Shown here piece by piece: positions 21,757-31,202 of a stretch of 64,000 bases of DNA. The notes under the pieces were generated by a model. That model worked only from the letters and a program-made list of their open reading frames with translations, did not search any database and was not told the DNA's origin. The position numbers and the translations under genes were made by a program. The stretch lies in NCBI GenBank assembly GCA_963799775.1, contig CAWCYD010000002.1, forward strand, positions 96,001 to 160,000. The letters run 5' to 3'. Numbering within the stretch: position 1 is the first letter of the stretch; each line of letters begins with the position of its first letter. The DNA comes from an uncultured archaeon. GTDB lineage: Archaea > Thermoproteota > Nitrososphaeria > Nitrososphaerales > Gagatemarchaeaceae.

Positions 21757-22707
21757 ATGGCAAGAACGAGAGGAGCTCGAACAGAGCTAGGAATCGTGGG
21801 CCTCGGAAGGATGGGCTCGAACATCGCCCGACGGCTCGCCCATGCGGGGCACAATGTCATCGTCTACAACCGCGACCCCAGCAAAGCCCACGCCCTCGCG
21901 AAGGAGTCGACACGCATCTGCTCATCCGACTCGCTCGAGGAACTAGTGCGTCACCTCGCGCCGCCTCGCGTGGTCTGGGTCATGGTCCCCTCAGGCGGAG
22001 CGACGGAGAGGATGGTCGAGAGCCTGAGCCGCCTCCTTTCTCGAGGCGACACGATAATCGACGGGGGGAACTCCCTCTACACCGACACGGTCCGCAGGGC
22101 GGCGAAGGCAAAGAAGGGTGGGAAGAACTTCGTGGACATCGGGACAAGCGGAGGGGTATGGGGTCTGAGGGAGGGATACTGCTTGATGGTCGGTGGAGAG
22201 AAGGAGGCGGTCGAGCGCCTGCGTCCGATCCTCGAGACTTTGGCACCAGGCAAGGACAGGGGATGGGGCTGGGTCGGCCCGAGCGGGGCAGGACACTACG
22301 TCAAGATGGTGCACAACGGGATCGAGTACGGCCTCATGGAGGCGTACGCGGAAGGGTTCGAGATCCTAAGGGGGAAGAAGGAGTTCGACCTCGACCTCCA
22401 TCAGGTCGCCGAGATCTGGCGTGCAGGGAGCGTCGTGAGGTCTTGGCTTCTGGACCTGACGGCCCAGGCTCTGAAGAACGGCCATGGCCTGAGCGACATC
22501 GAAGGCTGGGTCGAGGACTCGGGAGAGGGCAGATGGACCGTCATCGACGCGATCAACCAGGCGATCCCGGCTCCAGTGATAACCCTCGCACTCCAGATGA
22601 GGTTTGCCAGCCGTCAGAAGGAGCGGTTCGCGGACAAGCTCCTCGCCGCTATGCGGAGCGAGTTCGGCGGCCACGAGGTCAGGCGGAAAGGACTGACTAG
22701 CCGCTAG
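21757..22707 (+). CDS. gnd: 6-phosphogluconate dehydrogenase (decarboxylating, short-chain type)
   Basis: GLGRMG, WVMVP, IDGGNS, DIGTSGG, GAGHYVKMVHNGIEYG, DSGEGRWT, FGGH. Confidence 0.95.
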   Translation: MARTRGARTELGIVGLGRMGSNIARRLAHAGHNVIVYNRDPSKAHALAKESTRICSSDSLEELVRHLAPPRVVWVMVPSGGATERMVESLSRLLSRGDTIIDGGNSLYTDTVRRAAKAKKGGKNFVDIGTSGGVWGLREGYCLMVGGEKEAVERLRPILETLAPGKDRGWGWVGPSGAGHYVKMVHNGIEYGLMEAYAEGFEILRGKKEFDLDLHQVAEIWRAGSVVRSWLLDLTAQALKNGHGLSDIEGWVEDSGEGRWTVIDAINQAIPAPVITLALQMRFASRQKERFADKLLAAMRSEFGGHEVRRKGLTSR

Positions 22708-22737
22708 TCTGTATTCGAGAGCATCAGATGTCTCACA

Positions 22738-24223
22738 CTACCATACTTGTCGTCTGGATGACCATCCTCGGCTGACTGGGTCTCCTCCGTCGGCTCCTGG
22801 TAAGGTATCGACTCTACCCTCCATCTCACGATCTGGGTGAGGCAGCTCCTGAGCTCCTCCCCTGTCAGAGAGAGGTTCCTTCGACGGGGAGCTCAATGCG
22901 TCAGCCAGCTCGTGCGATTGCATGACCTCCCTCATCCACTTCTCAAAGTCCCTTCTCCTGGCATGGAACTCGATGGACTCGATGGGAGCCTTCTCCAGAG
23001 CCTCTAGGAACCCACTCGCGGACGACGCCATCAGCCCCGTGTACTGTCCGAAGCTGCTGCAGAAGTAGAAGGCTTTCTCCACAGGAGCTGTGATCGTTCC
23101 AGCCACGACCTCAGCCGGCTTGACCTGAACGTTCGGCCATGTCCTGCTGTCGACCAGCAGCTTGGCGCCATCTCCGACGATAGAACCTGGCCCAACGATG
23201 GACCTGTTCATGAGGACGTTCCGTCCCACTATCGCTGACTGTCCGATGACGCTGTTAATTATCCTGCTCTCTCGGCCGACCTCAGCCCTCTCCATTACCG
23301 CACTCCTTCGAAGGACCGCCCCGCTCAGGACTCGCGCGTCCTTCTTGATGAGGCACCACTCATCGATTGTCGCGTCGTCCTCGATGACGACTCCGGCCTC
23401 AATCAGGGCAGGGCCTGCGATCCTGGCTCCCTTCCCGATGTGAGCTCCTTTCTCGATTATCACGGGGGTGGTGGAACCCATGACAACGTAGTTCTCGGAG
23501 GCCTGCTTCGGCATGCTCTGCAGGGCCCAAGCTACGCCGCGGAGGTATCCATCCAGTCGGCCTATGTCTACCCAAAAAGCATCGGAGACGAATCCTGAGA
23601 TCCTCTTGTGGATCTTCAGAAGATAGGGGAAGAGTTCCATTCGCAAAGTCCCACTTCTCGTGCATGATAAGCTCCACGCACTCTGGGTCGAGGATGTAGA
23701 ATCCGGTGCTGATCAGGTTGCCCTTCGCCTCTCCTCGGGGCGGCTTCTCTTGGAACTCTGTTATCATTCCGTTCGAGTCGACGACAGCAACTCCGAAATC
23801 CCCGGCGTCCTTGACCTCGGTGAGCACAATGGTCGCTGTCGCTTCGCTGCCCTTGTGGAACTCGACGGCCTTCGCAAGAGGCATCTCCGTCAGGGTGTCG
23901 GACTGTGCCACAAGGAATGGTTCGTCGAGCAATCCGTCCACAAGCTTGAGAGACCCGGCAGTCCCACTGCGGAACTCGTCGGGCTTTACCGCGTACGAGA
24001 TTTTCACACCGAATCGGACTCCGTCACCTAGATAGTCCATCAGGTGCTGCTTCATCGGCCCTCCCACAATGACCACGATGTCGTTGAACCCTTCCTTCGC
24101 AAGGTGTGACACAAGGTAGAAGATCGAAGGCTCCGGTCCTACTGGAGTCATCGGTTTCTGTCGCGTGAAGGTCAGTGGCCGTAGCCTCGTTCCTTCCCCA
24201 GCGGCAAGAATGAGCGCTTTCAT
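22738..24223 (-). CDS. NDP-sugar synthase (nucleotidyltransferase + left-handed beta-helix) with a C-terminal DUF5752-like domain; frameshift near 23640
   Basis: LAAGEGTRLRPLT, KPM, GTAGS, FQEKP, FWVDIG, hexapeptide repeats, then KAFYFCSSFGQYTG...SIEFHARRRDFEKW. Confidence 0.85.
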
Positions 24224-24356
24224 GACAAGAATTACAATATGTCAACTGTATACTTAAAATATTTGGAACAATATACGTGAATAATCCTAGTTGGTATTTT
24301 CCAGTAACTCATTATCTTCAAGACGTGTAGGCTGCTACGGTGGCGAGAGAGGGCGC

Positions 24357-26060
24357 CTACGTCGTAGACCGCATGACACCTTTCGAGACCTCGAGAGCCC
24401 TCTCATAGGCTCGAACTGCCATCTCCGCCGCCCTCGGCGCTCCAAATTGCTCTCTCACGCGCCTTCTACAATTCTCTCTGATAATCGAACCGAATGAAGG
24501 ATTGTTTGCGACAAGTTCCCTTATCCCCTCGTCATCGATAGCATCGAGCAAAGACTCGCGTTCACCCGTGCTCATCGTCTTGGGTTCAGCGAGCCGCATC
24601 ATGGCAAGGACTGTGGTCAACCCCCGCGCAAGTGCCAGGGGATTCTCCTTCTCCACGAGCAGCCCAGTTCCCCTCTCCCCGTATGACGCCAAGTCGAGGA
24701 CAGTCTCAGTTATCCCTCCCACCCTGCTCCCCACGACCGGGTTCCCAGTCGCCATCGCTTCGAGGGCGGCGATTCCGAAAGGCTCCCATCGGGACGGCAT
24801 CGCGTAGGCATCCGCGGCGACGTGAGCGAGCCTGTAGATAGATGCGGGGGCATGCCACAGGATCACGCGGACATTGTCAGGAAACCCTGCCGCCAACTCG
24901 TTGGTCGATTCGATTAGCTCTCCGTGTGGCTGCGGGATCATCATCAGGACAAACTTTGCCGTGGGGAGTGCCTCCAGGACTTTGGGGATGGCCTTCATCA
25001 GCACATCGACCCCTTTCTGCTTGTCGAGCCTTCCTGTGGCGATGACTAGCTGGCCGTCCTCTCGAAACGGCTCGAGTTTTCGCCCGCGAGAGGAATTTGG
25101 TGCCGGGCCGTTAGACTTCGGTTCGGGCAGCTTAACCTGCCCCAATCCCACCGTAAGCAGGTATCTCCGCAGGTCACTTCTTCCCTTGAGGGTCGGAGGT
25201 ATCGGCTTTTCCCTCAGGATATCGAGAGTCAGTTGCCTTTCGTCCCATTCGCAGCAGTTGTAGATGAAGCCGCTTTTCTCTCTGGCACCCTCACCCACGA
25301 AAGGGAGAACGTCAGAATTCAGGTAAGACTCGCTCACGGTAGTGAGGAAATCGGACTCGAGCGCGCCAAACCGCTCGATCTTTCCAGTGGAGAGATCCTC
25401 CCAAGCCTGTCTGACCGTGACCGCGCGGGGCCCATCGTCAAGATGTAACGTCTGTTCCTCGTCGCGGACTCCACACCACTCCTCGGAGATGTAGTGCCAG
25501 TCGAACGTCTTGTGGCCTAGAAGATGGATTGTGTAAACGAGCGGCACCTGGGCACCTCTCTCGGAGAACGCCTGACGCATAGACACAGCTGCCGGGATCA
25601 CATTCCAGTCGTGCGCATGAATGAAATCAGGCCTGGTCCCATCAACGCGCTCCGCGAACTGCCTCATCACCCTAGCGAAGAGGCACATCTTTTCGTATGT
25701 CAGATCCTCGCCGTAAATCTCGCTGGCGTCGAGCCATCGACTTGTCTCATCGTCCAGCCCCCTCGCAAGGAAATATCTGACCCCCTCGAACCTCCCTCTA
25801 GAGAGCCCGATCTTGTACGGATACGGCTTCCCATCTGTCCCTCTCCTCGCGCCTTCGCTCCTGAACCCCTCGAATTCCTCGAGGCTGAGCTTCCTCCGGA
25901 TGGAAGGGTCCTTCGTGTCTGCCATGGCTCGGCATGAAGACTGTGACCTGGTACTTCCCGGACAAAGCCTTCGCTAAGTTTGCGACGGCGGGCCCGAGCC
26001 CACCGGCCTGCGCCACGTCCGACGACTCGAAAGACAGCATCCACACCTTTCTCGCCTCCA
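24357..26060 (-). CDS. glgA: Glycogen synthase-like GT-B glycosyltransferase, archaeal type; frameshift near 25925, start approximate
   Basis: KVWMLSFE...AQAGGLG...VFMPSHG, IHAHDW, YTIH, TVSESY, GRLDKQKG, PSRWEPFGIAALEAM. Confidence 0.8.
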
Positions 26061-26198
26061 AACGCTGACGAGGGGTCGTTCGCCCATCCGGAAGTGCTGT
26101 CTTTATTTGCGGGGTCACCTGACCGATTTCACATCTGCTAGGGGCCGGGTCAATTCTTTAGCCTCTGGGATGTTCTTTCTCCTTAAGACTTAAAAGAT

Positions 26199-26615
26199 GT
26201 GACACTTACAAAAACCCTCATGGCTGAAAAGGAAATCTCTACACAAGAGGCGATGCGTCTCCTGGATAAGGTCACTCCCGACAAGGCGTTCCACTTCTAC
26301 ATCGAGATAGGGCGGCCTCTCGGCAAGTCCTCAAGGAGCCTCGAGGAGTTCGCGAACGTTGTCAGCGAAGTCGATGTATCCGTGGTCAGGTTCCACTTGG
26401 GGAGAGGAGATTTTGAGAGCTGGTTCGTCATGCTCGGCGATGACGTCCTGCCAGCCCGCCTTGCGGAACTTCGGACGGCGAACAGCCCCTCAGCAGACGT
26501 CCGGGGAAAGGTGAGCTCCCATGTCAGAACCAGGGTCAGTCAGCTCCATAAGATCGCCAATTCGCGCGACCCCAAGCCTCAGATTTCCACTAGTCGGCGC
26601 TCATCCAGAACGTGA
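26199..26615 (+). CDS. Stand-alone DUF5752-like protein
   Basis: PDKAFHFYIEIGRPLG...SLEEF...SVVRFHLGRGDFESW aligns with the C-terminal domain of the NDP-sugar synthase. Confidence 0.75.
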   Translation: MTLTKTLMAEKEISTQEAMRLLDKVTPDKAFHFYIEIGRPLGKSSRSLEEFANVVSEVDVSVVRFHLGRGDFESWFVMLGDDVLPARLAELRTANSPSADVRGKVSSHVRTRVSQLHKIANSRDPKPQISTSRRSSRT

Positions 26616-26714
26616 AAGGCGGGGCGGTTGGACCAAGCCGGTAGGATGCGCTCGCACTGAAGCGGAGCATTCCCGCTCAAGCTTTTATCGCCCAGGACGG
26701 CTCGTCCGGCTCCA

Positions 26715-27539
26715 TTGCCCGCGAGCATCCATACTGAGAGATATCGCGTCGAGCCAGGGAAGTCAGTCCATCTCGACGAATGGGACCCCAATGACACATC
26801 GGGCTTCGATGGATCCGAGGCGGAGGCAAAAGAAGAATCCGGGAGGCTGACGAAAAAACTCGAGACGCTGCAAGAGATGCTCTACGCCCAGAACGCCCAC
26901 AGCCTCTTGGTCGTCCTCCAGGCGATGGACACGGGCGGCAAGGACGGGACGATCCGTCGTGTGTTCGAGGGAGTGAACCCGCAGGGAGTGAGCGTGGCCA
27001 GTTTCAAGGAACCAACGCCCGAGGAGCTCGCCCATGATTTCCTCTGGAGGGTGGAGAGGAAGGTCCCCGGCAAGGAGAGAGATCGCGATCTTCAACCGCA
27101 GCTACTATGAGGACGTGCTCGCGGTCAGGGTCCACAAGCTCGTCCCCAAGAAGATGTGGAAACAGCATTACGCGGAGATAGTGGACTTCGAACGGAGGCT
27201 GACACAAGAAGGCACGACAATCCTCAAGTTCTACTTGCACATCGACAAAGATGAGCAGAAGAAGCGTCTCGAGGAGAGGCTGGCAGACCCCACAAAAGAA
27301 TGGAAGTTCAGCGAGCATGGACCTGAAGGAAAGGCAGTTCTGGGGCCAGTACATGAAGGCCTACGAGAGCGCCATCGAGAGGACGACAAAGAATTGGGCC
27401 CCCTGGTACATCATCCCGGCGAACCGCCATTGGTTCAGGGACCATCCTTGTCTCGAGCGTCATAGTGAAAACGCTCGAAGATTTCAAGATGAGTTCTCCC
27501 AGGTTGCCGAAGGACCAGCGTTCCATCAAGATCAGATGA
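26715..27539 (+). CDS. ppk2: Polyphosphate kinase 2 (class III-like); several frameshifts
   Basis: LQAMDTGGKDG, NPQG, SFKEPT, HDFLWR, FNRSYYEDVL, KFYLHI, APWYIIPAN. Confidence 0.92.
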
Positions 27540-27588
27540 GACGGACCCGCAGGATTCCCAGATTAATCCTAGAAGAATCTTAGCAGGC

Positions 27589-27720
27589 TCACACATGGAA
27601 ATCTGATATGGGGTTATCGATGTTGAAACTCATCGAGGCCAGCATCTGCAGCATGTGCGCCAGAGCGGCCGTCGTCGACGGACTCATCCATACATGCGTC
27701 GGACGCCGCCGGTCCACCAT
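27589..27720 (-). CDS. Possible 43-aa protein
   Basis: MVDRRRPTHVWMSPSTTAALAHMLQMLASMSFNIDNPISDFHV; third codon positions mostly G/C. Confidence 0.3.
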   Translation of the reverse strand: MVDRRRPTHVWMSPSTTAALAHMLQMLASMSFNIDNPISDFHV

Positions 27721-27815
27721 CTCTTGCAAGTGCCGCCCAGGTTTCTGAGCCACATCGGCCACAAAACCGCAAACATCTAAATACGCATCAGCGTTCGGCA
27801 CTCGAAGGACGAACC

Positions 27816-28127
27816 ATGGTGCAGTACGCGAGGATCAAGCTGACGAGTTCCAACCTTTACGAGCTCGAGCATCTTGCCCGTGAGATCAAGGAGATCACCG
27901 AGAAGACAGGGGTCAAGAGCAAGGGTCCGCAGCCCCTCCCGACGAAGAAACTGAAGATCACGACGAGGAAGGCCCCCACCGGCGAAGGGACTCACACGTT
28001 CGACCACTGGCAGCTCAGGATCCACCGCCGGATCTTGGACATCGAGCCTGACGACAGGACGATGCGACAGATAACGAAGCTGAGGATCCCGGAAGACGTG
28101 AAGATAGAGCTCACTCTTACGAGCTGA
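27816..28127 (+). CDS. rpsJ: 30S ribosomal protein uS10, archaeal type
   Basis: ARIKLTS, KGPQPLPTKKLKITTRKAPTGEGTHTFDHWQLRIHRR. Confidence 0.95.
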   Translation: MVQYARIKLTSSNLYELEHLAREIKEITEKTGVKSKGPQPLPTKKLKITTRKAPTGEGTHTFDHWQLRIHRRILDIEPDDRTMRQITKLRIPEDVKIELTLTS

Positions 28128-28130
28128 GCA

Positions 28131-29033
28131 CTAAGAAAGACCGTTTCTCTTTATCCAATCTATTGTGCGGCGCAGCCCGTCGTCCAGCGTAAGCTCGTAC
28201 TCGTATCTCAGGAGCTTCTTCATCTTCTCTGTGGAGGGATAGCTCACCTGGGGCTCGGCCTCCGCTGGCGACCTCGGAGGAAGCATCTGAAGCTCGGACT
28301 TGGACCCCGTGACCCTCTTGATTCTCTCAGCCAAATCCCTGATTGCGAGGGTCTCCGCCCCCCCGAAGTTGAAGGCCTGCCCGACGGCGGAGTCTTCTTG
28401 GAGGATCTTCGTGACCAGCTTCGCAAAGTTCACTGCGTGCGACGGGGCGGTAACGTCCCTGCCAGAGTTGAAGAGCCCCACGGTCTCGTTCTTGAGGAAC
28501 TTCTTGATGAAGAAAGGGACCGCCCTAGATGGGTGGTCGTACTCTCCGAAGAGCAGCCACGCCCTGGTTATCGAGATCGGCACTCCTTTCGTCTTGTGAT
28601 AGCTCATCGTCAGGTTCTCTCCTATCACCTTGGAGTAGTCGTAGGGCACCCTGGGGCTCATCGCTTGGTCCTCGTCGACCGGGTTCGCCTTTGGCGCTCC
28701 GTAGACGTTCGCAGAGCTGGCGAAGAGGAAACGTTTCACTCCTTTCTTCGAGGCGAGTTCCAGCATGTTCAGAGTCCCGAAGCAATTAACCTGGTAGCAT
28801 GAATACGGGTCCTCGATCGTCTTCTTGAGGTCGGCTATGCCGGCGAGGTGGACTATCGCCTCGAAGTCCAAGCCCTGAAGCTCATGCTTGACGAACTCGC
28901 TATCAACGACGCTCCCAACAACGTCGGCTCCAGGCGCAACGTCGACCCCAAGTGGTTCGAAGCCGTGGTTCGCCAGATAGGTGGTGACGTGCCTTCCCAC
29001 GAACCCCTGGGAGCCGGTGACGAGCACCTTCAA
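28131..29033 (-). CDS. NAD-dependent epimerase/dehydratase (extended SDR)
   Basis: VLVTGSQGFVG, HLAG, ASSANVYG, PYDYSK (YxxxK). Confidence 0.9.
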   Translation of the reverse strand: MKVLVTGSQGFVGRHVTTYLANHGFEPLGVDVAPGADVVGSVVDSEFVKHELQGLDFEAIVHLAGIADLKKTIEDPYSCYQVNCFGTLNMLELASKKGVKRFLFASSANVYGAPKANPVDEDQAMSPRVPYDYSKVIGENLTMSYHKTKGVPISITRAWLLFGEYDHPSRAVPFFIKKFLKNETVGLFNSGRDVTAPSHAVNFAKLVTKILQEDSAVGQAFNFGGAETLAIRDLAERIKRVTGSKSELQMLPPRSPAEAEPQVSYPSTEKMKKLLRYEYELTLDDGLRRTIDWIKRNGLS

Positions 29034-29101
29034 GCTGATTCCTCGTCCCGGGTCAGCGACGCTATTTAACCTGCGGAGATGGACTGGCTCGTGTAGACCG
29101 T

Positions 29102-29500
29102 TCAGGCCTCGCCCAGGATCTCCTCATAGGACCGAACGAGTTCCTTGTCCGCGACACCGGTAACCAGCTTCTCCCTGCCGTCCGGCATCGTAATCGGGAA
29201 CGCGGTGGCGTGAAGCGGGAGGTCCAGGCTCTCAAGCCGCTCCTCGTCTTCTACCTCGTCCGCCTCCAGCACCTCCCCTTCTCCACACCTGAAGTGTGTC
29301 GCCTTGATGACGCGTCTCTCGCCGAAGCCTCCTCCCCTCCCTCCCGCTGCCGTCGACCTGTCGGGCAGCTCGAGGACGTATATCTCGTTCGGCTTGTCCA
29401 GGTGGCTTAGGTCGATCATTTCCTTCGTGACGTAGACTCGCCTTCCTTTGCTCTCCACGAGATCGATAAAGTCTGCAGCTCCAGGAGGAGTGTTGGCCAT
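29102..29500 (-). CDS. Hypothetical protein with a glycine-rich segment
   Basis: Clean 132-aa ORF with genome-like codon usage and an AT-rich element ~30 nt upstream. Confidence 0.7.
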   Translation of the reverse strand: MANTPPGAADFIDLVESKGRRVYVTKEMIDLSHLDKPNEIYVLELPDRSTAAGGRGGGFGERRVIKATHFRCGEGEVLEADEVEDEERLESLDLPLHATAFPITMPDGREKLVTGVADKELVRSYEEILGEA

Positions 29501-29561
29501 GACAGCGCACGCTTCTTCTCGACGCTTAATAATTTAGCAGATAGAAGAGACCCGGGCCATA

Positions 29562-29825
29562 CTAGCCCTCCTCCATGACGTCTTCCTCCTTCCTCACCCT
29601 TATCACGCTATAGGACCAGATGAGGCCCCTCCTCTTGTACTCCTTCGCGTCCAGCCGCCTGGCCGAGACGAAGCTCACGTGCGTCGTGTCTTCCTGGATT
29701 GCGATGCCCTCCCTGCGCATGAGGTTGGCGAAAGCCTCAAGCGCTTTGACATGGACGATGTACCTGTACTCAGTGTCGCTCTCAGTCAGCTGGTGCATTG
29801 AGAACGCCCCCGGTCTATCGTCCAT
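29562..29825 (-). CDS. Small hypothetical protein, paralog of 3518..3796
   Basis: EYRYIVHVKALEAF...RGLIWSYSVIRV...EEG. Confidence 0.75.
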   Translation of the reverse strand: MDDRPGAFSMHQLTESDTEYRYIVHVKALEAFANLMRREGIAIQEDTTHVSFVSARRLDAKEYKRRGLIWSYSVIRVRKEEDVMEEG

Positions 29826-29931
29826 GGTGTAGAATGGGAAGGAACGTTGTCATGCGTTTGCAAGACCGCTACCGAGGAGTCTTCAGGAACTAGTTCTCGA
29901 GAGGCTGCGGCTTCTCTTGTGCGCCCGGCTT

Positions 29932-30400
29932 CTACAGGAGGCCTAGCTGCATCGCCTCGTGAGTCCTGAACTTCAGGACGCTGGCATTGTCGGTGATCTC
30001 GTACATGTGGTGCAGCTTCAACCTCAGGAGCTCGTTGTGCAGGATGATTCCGATGAACAGGGACCACTTCTTGCAGTAATTGTGATAGAGCGACATGCTG
30101 TGCTCGTCCGGCCCATCGCCCGACTGCATCCTGTAGTTGTTCCCAAACCTATCAATCAGGTAGACCATCCTGAGGAAGACCTACGGACTGTATCGCTTTG
30201 AAAATCAAGAGGCTCACATCCTTGAAACAGGACGTCTCTACGATGCGCTCTGCCATCTTCTCTATCGTCTCCTCATCCACGTTCTGGAGCACCGCGTCCA
30301 TCATGTTGGGGAAGAGGGATATCATCTGAACCGCGTCCGAGTAACGGTCCCACTCCACGAACCGCTGGATGCAATGATTTGTCCGGCAAGGCAATGCCAC
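29932..30400 (-). pseudogene. Frameshifted paralog of the RHH regulator 31203..31832, with no intact in-frame RHH domain
   Basis: IQRFVEWDRYSDAVQM...SCFKDVSLLIFK and DRFGNNYRMQSG...SMSLYHNY match 31203..31832 at protein and nucleotide level; similarity stops near 30375. Confidence 0.65.
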
Positions 30401-30487
30401 GTTGAACCCCGGCGGCAGACCAGATTCGTAATCGCACCCTAAAACCAATCGAGATGACTGCCACGGAGTCAAGCACGACTCGCAATC

Positions 30488-30533
30488 GTGCAATGAAGTG
30501 TAAAATCATGCTTCCCACCGTCATCTTTATGTA
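30488..30533 (+). promoter_or_regulatory. 10-bp-phased repeats plus TATA box upstream of 30574
   Basis: GTGCAA (30488), GTGTAA (30498), ATGCTT (30508), then TTTATGTA (30526). Confidence 0.45.
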
Positions 30534-30573
30534 ATCCGTCATCCCACAAATTAACACTGGTCGCGGTGGAGAA

Positions 30574-31158
30574 ATGGTAAAGGCAAAACCAAAGTCCGAG
30601 AAACTTGACGGCGAGTCGGTGAACAAGACTTTCCGCGTAAAGCGTCCGATCATTAGGCGCATAGAAGCGGACGCAGAGCGGGACGGGATCTCCACGAACG
30701 CTCTCGTGAACAACATCTTGGCCAGGTACGTCGATTGGGACAGGGTCGCCAACGAGATAGGATTCGTCTCCCTCGCCCCCAACATGATCCATGGTTTTCT
30801 GGAGTGCTCCACCGAGCAGCAGATGGCAAAGGCCGGGGACATCATAGCCAAGAACTCGTGCTTCAAGGATCTCAGCCTCCACTACTTCCAGAAATACGAG
30901 CCGAAGACGTTCATGAAGCTGGCGCTCCTGCTTCAAAAATACGGGAACAACTACAAGGTCCAGGGGGAGAGGAACGAGAAGGGCGGCACCGACCTGTCCT
31001 TCTACCACGACCTGGGAAAGAAGTGGTCCGCTTTCATAGGGACGCTGCTGCACGACGAGCTCAACCGGCTCGCTTTGGAGCACGAGTACGAGATCAGCGA
31101 CAACGCGGTGGTCTTCAGGTTCGCAGACCACGTGGCGGACGTCAACGGCCAGAATTAG
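30574..31158 (+). CDS. Ribbon-helix-helix regulator with a C-terminal alpha/beta putative sensor domain
   Basis: VNKTFRV strand, RRIEADAERDGISTNALVNNILARY (RHH pattern), then WD...HDLGKKWS. Confidence 0.8.
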   Translation: MVKAKPKSEKLDGESVNKTFRVKRPIIRRIEADAERDGISTNALVNNILARYVDWDRVANEIGFVSLAPNMIHGFLECSTEQQMAKAGDIIAKNSCFKDLSLHYFQKYEPKTFMKLALLLQKYGNNYKVQGERNEKGGTDLSFYHDLGKKWSAFIGTLLHDELNRLALEHEYEISDNAVVFRFADHVADVNGQN

Positions 31159-31202
31159 AAGAACCGAGACGCGCGTCTAGAAGCTTCTGAGACCCATCTG
31201 CC

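Noticed and set aside
25995-26030. Gln in place of Lys in the glycogen synthase KxGGL motif as a sign of inactivity
   Set aside because: Archaeal glycogen synthases vary at this position, and the other GT-B motifs are intact
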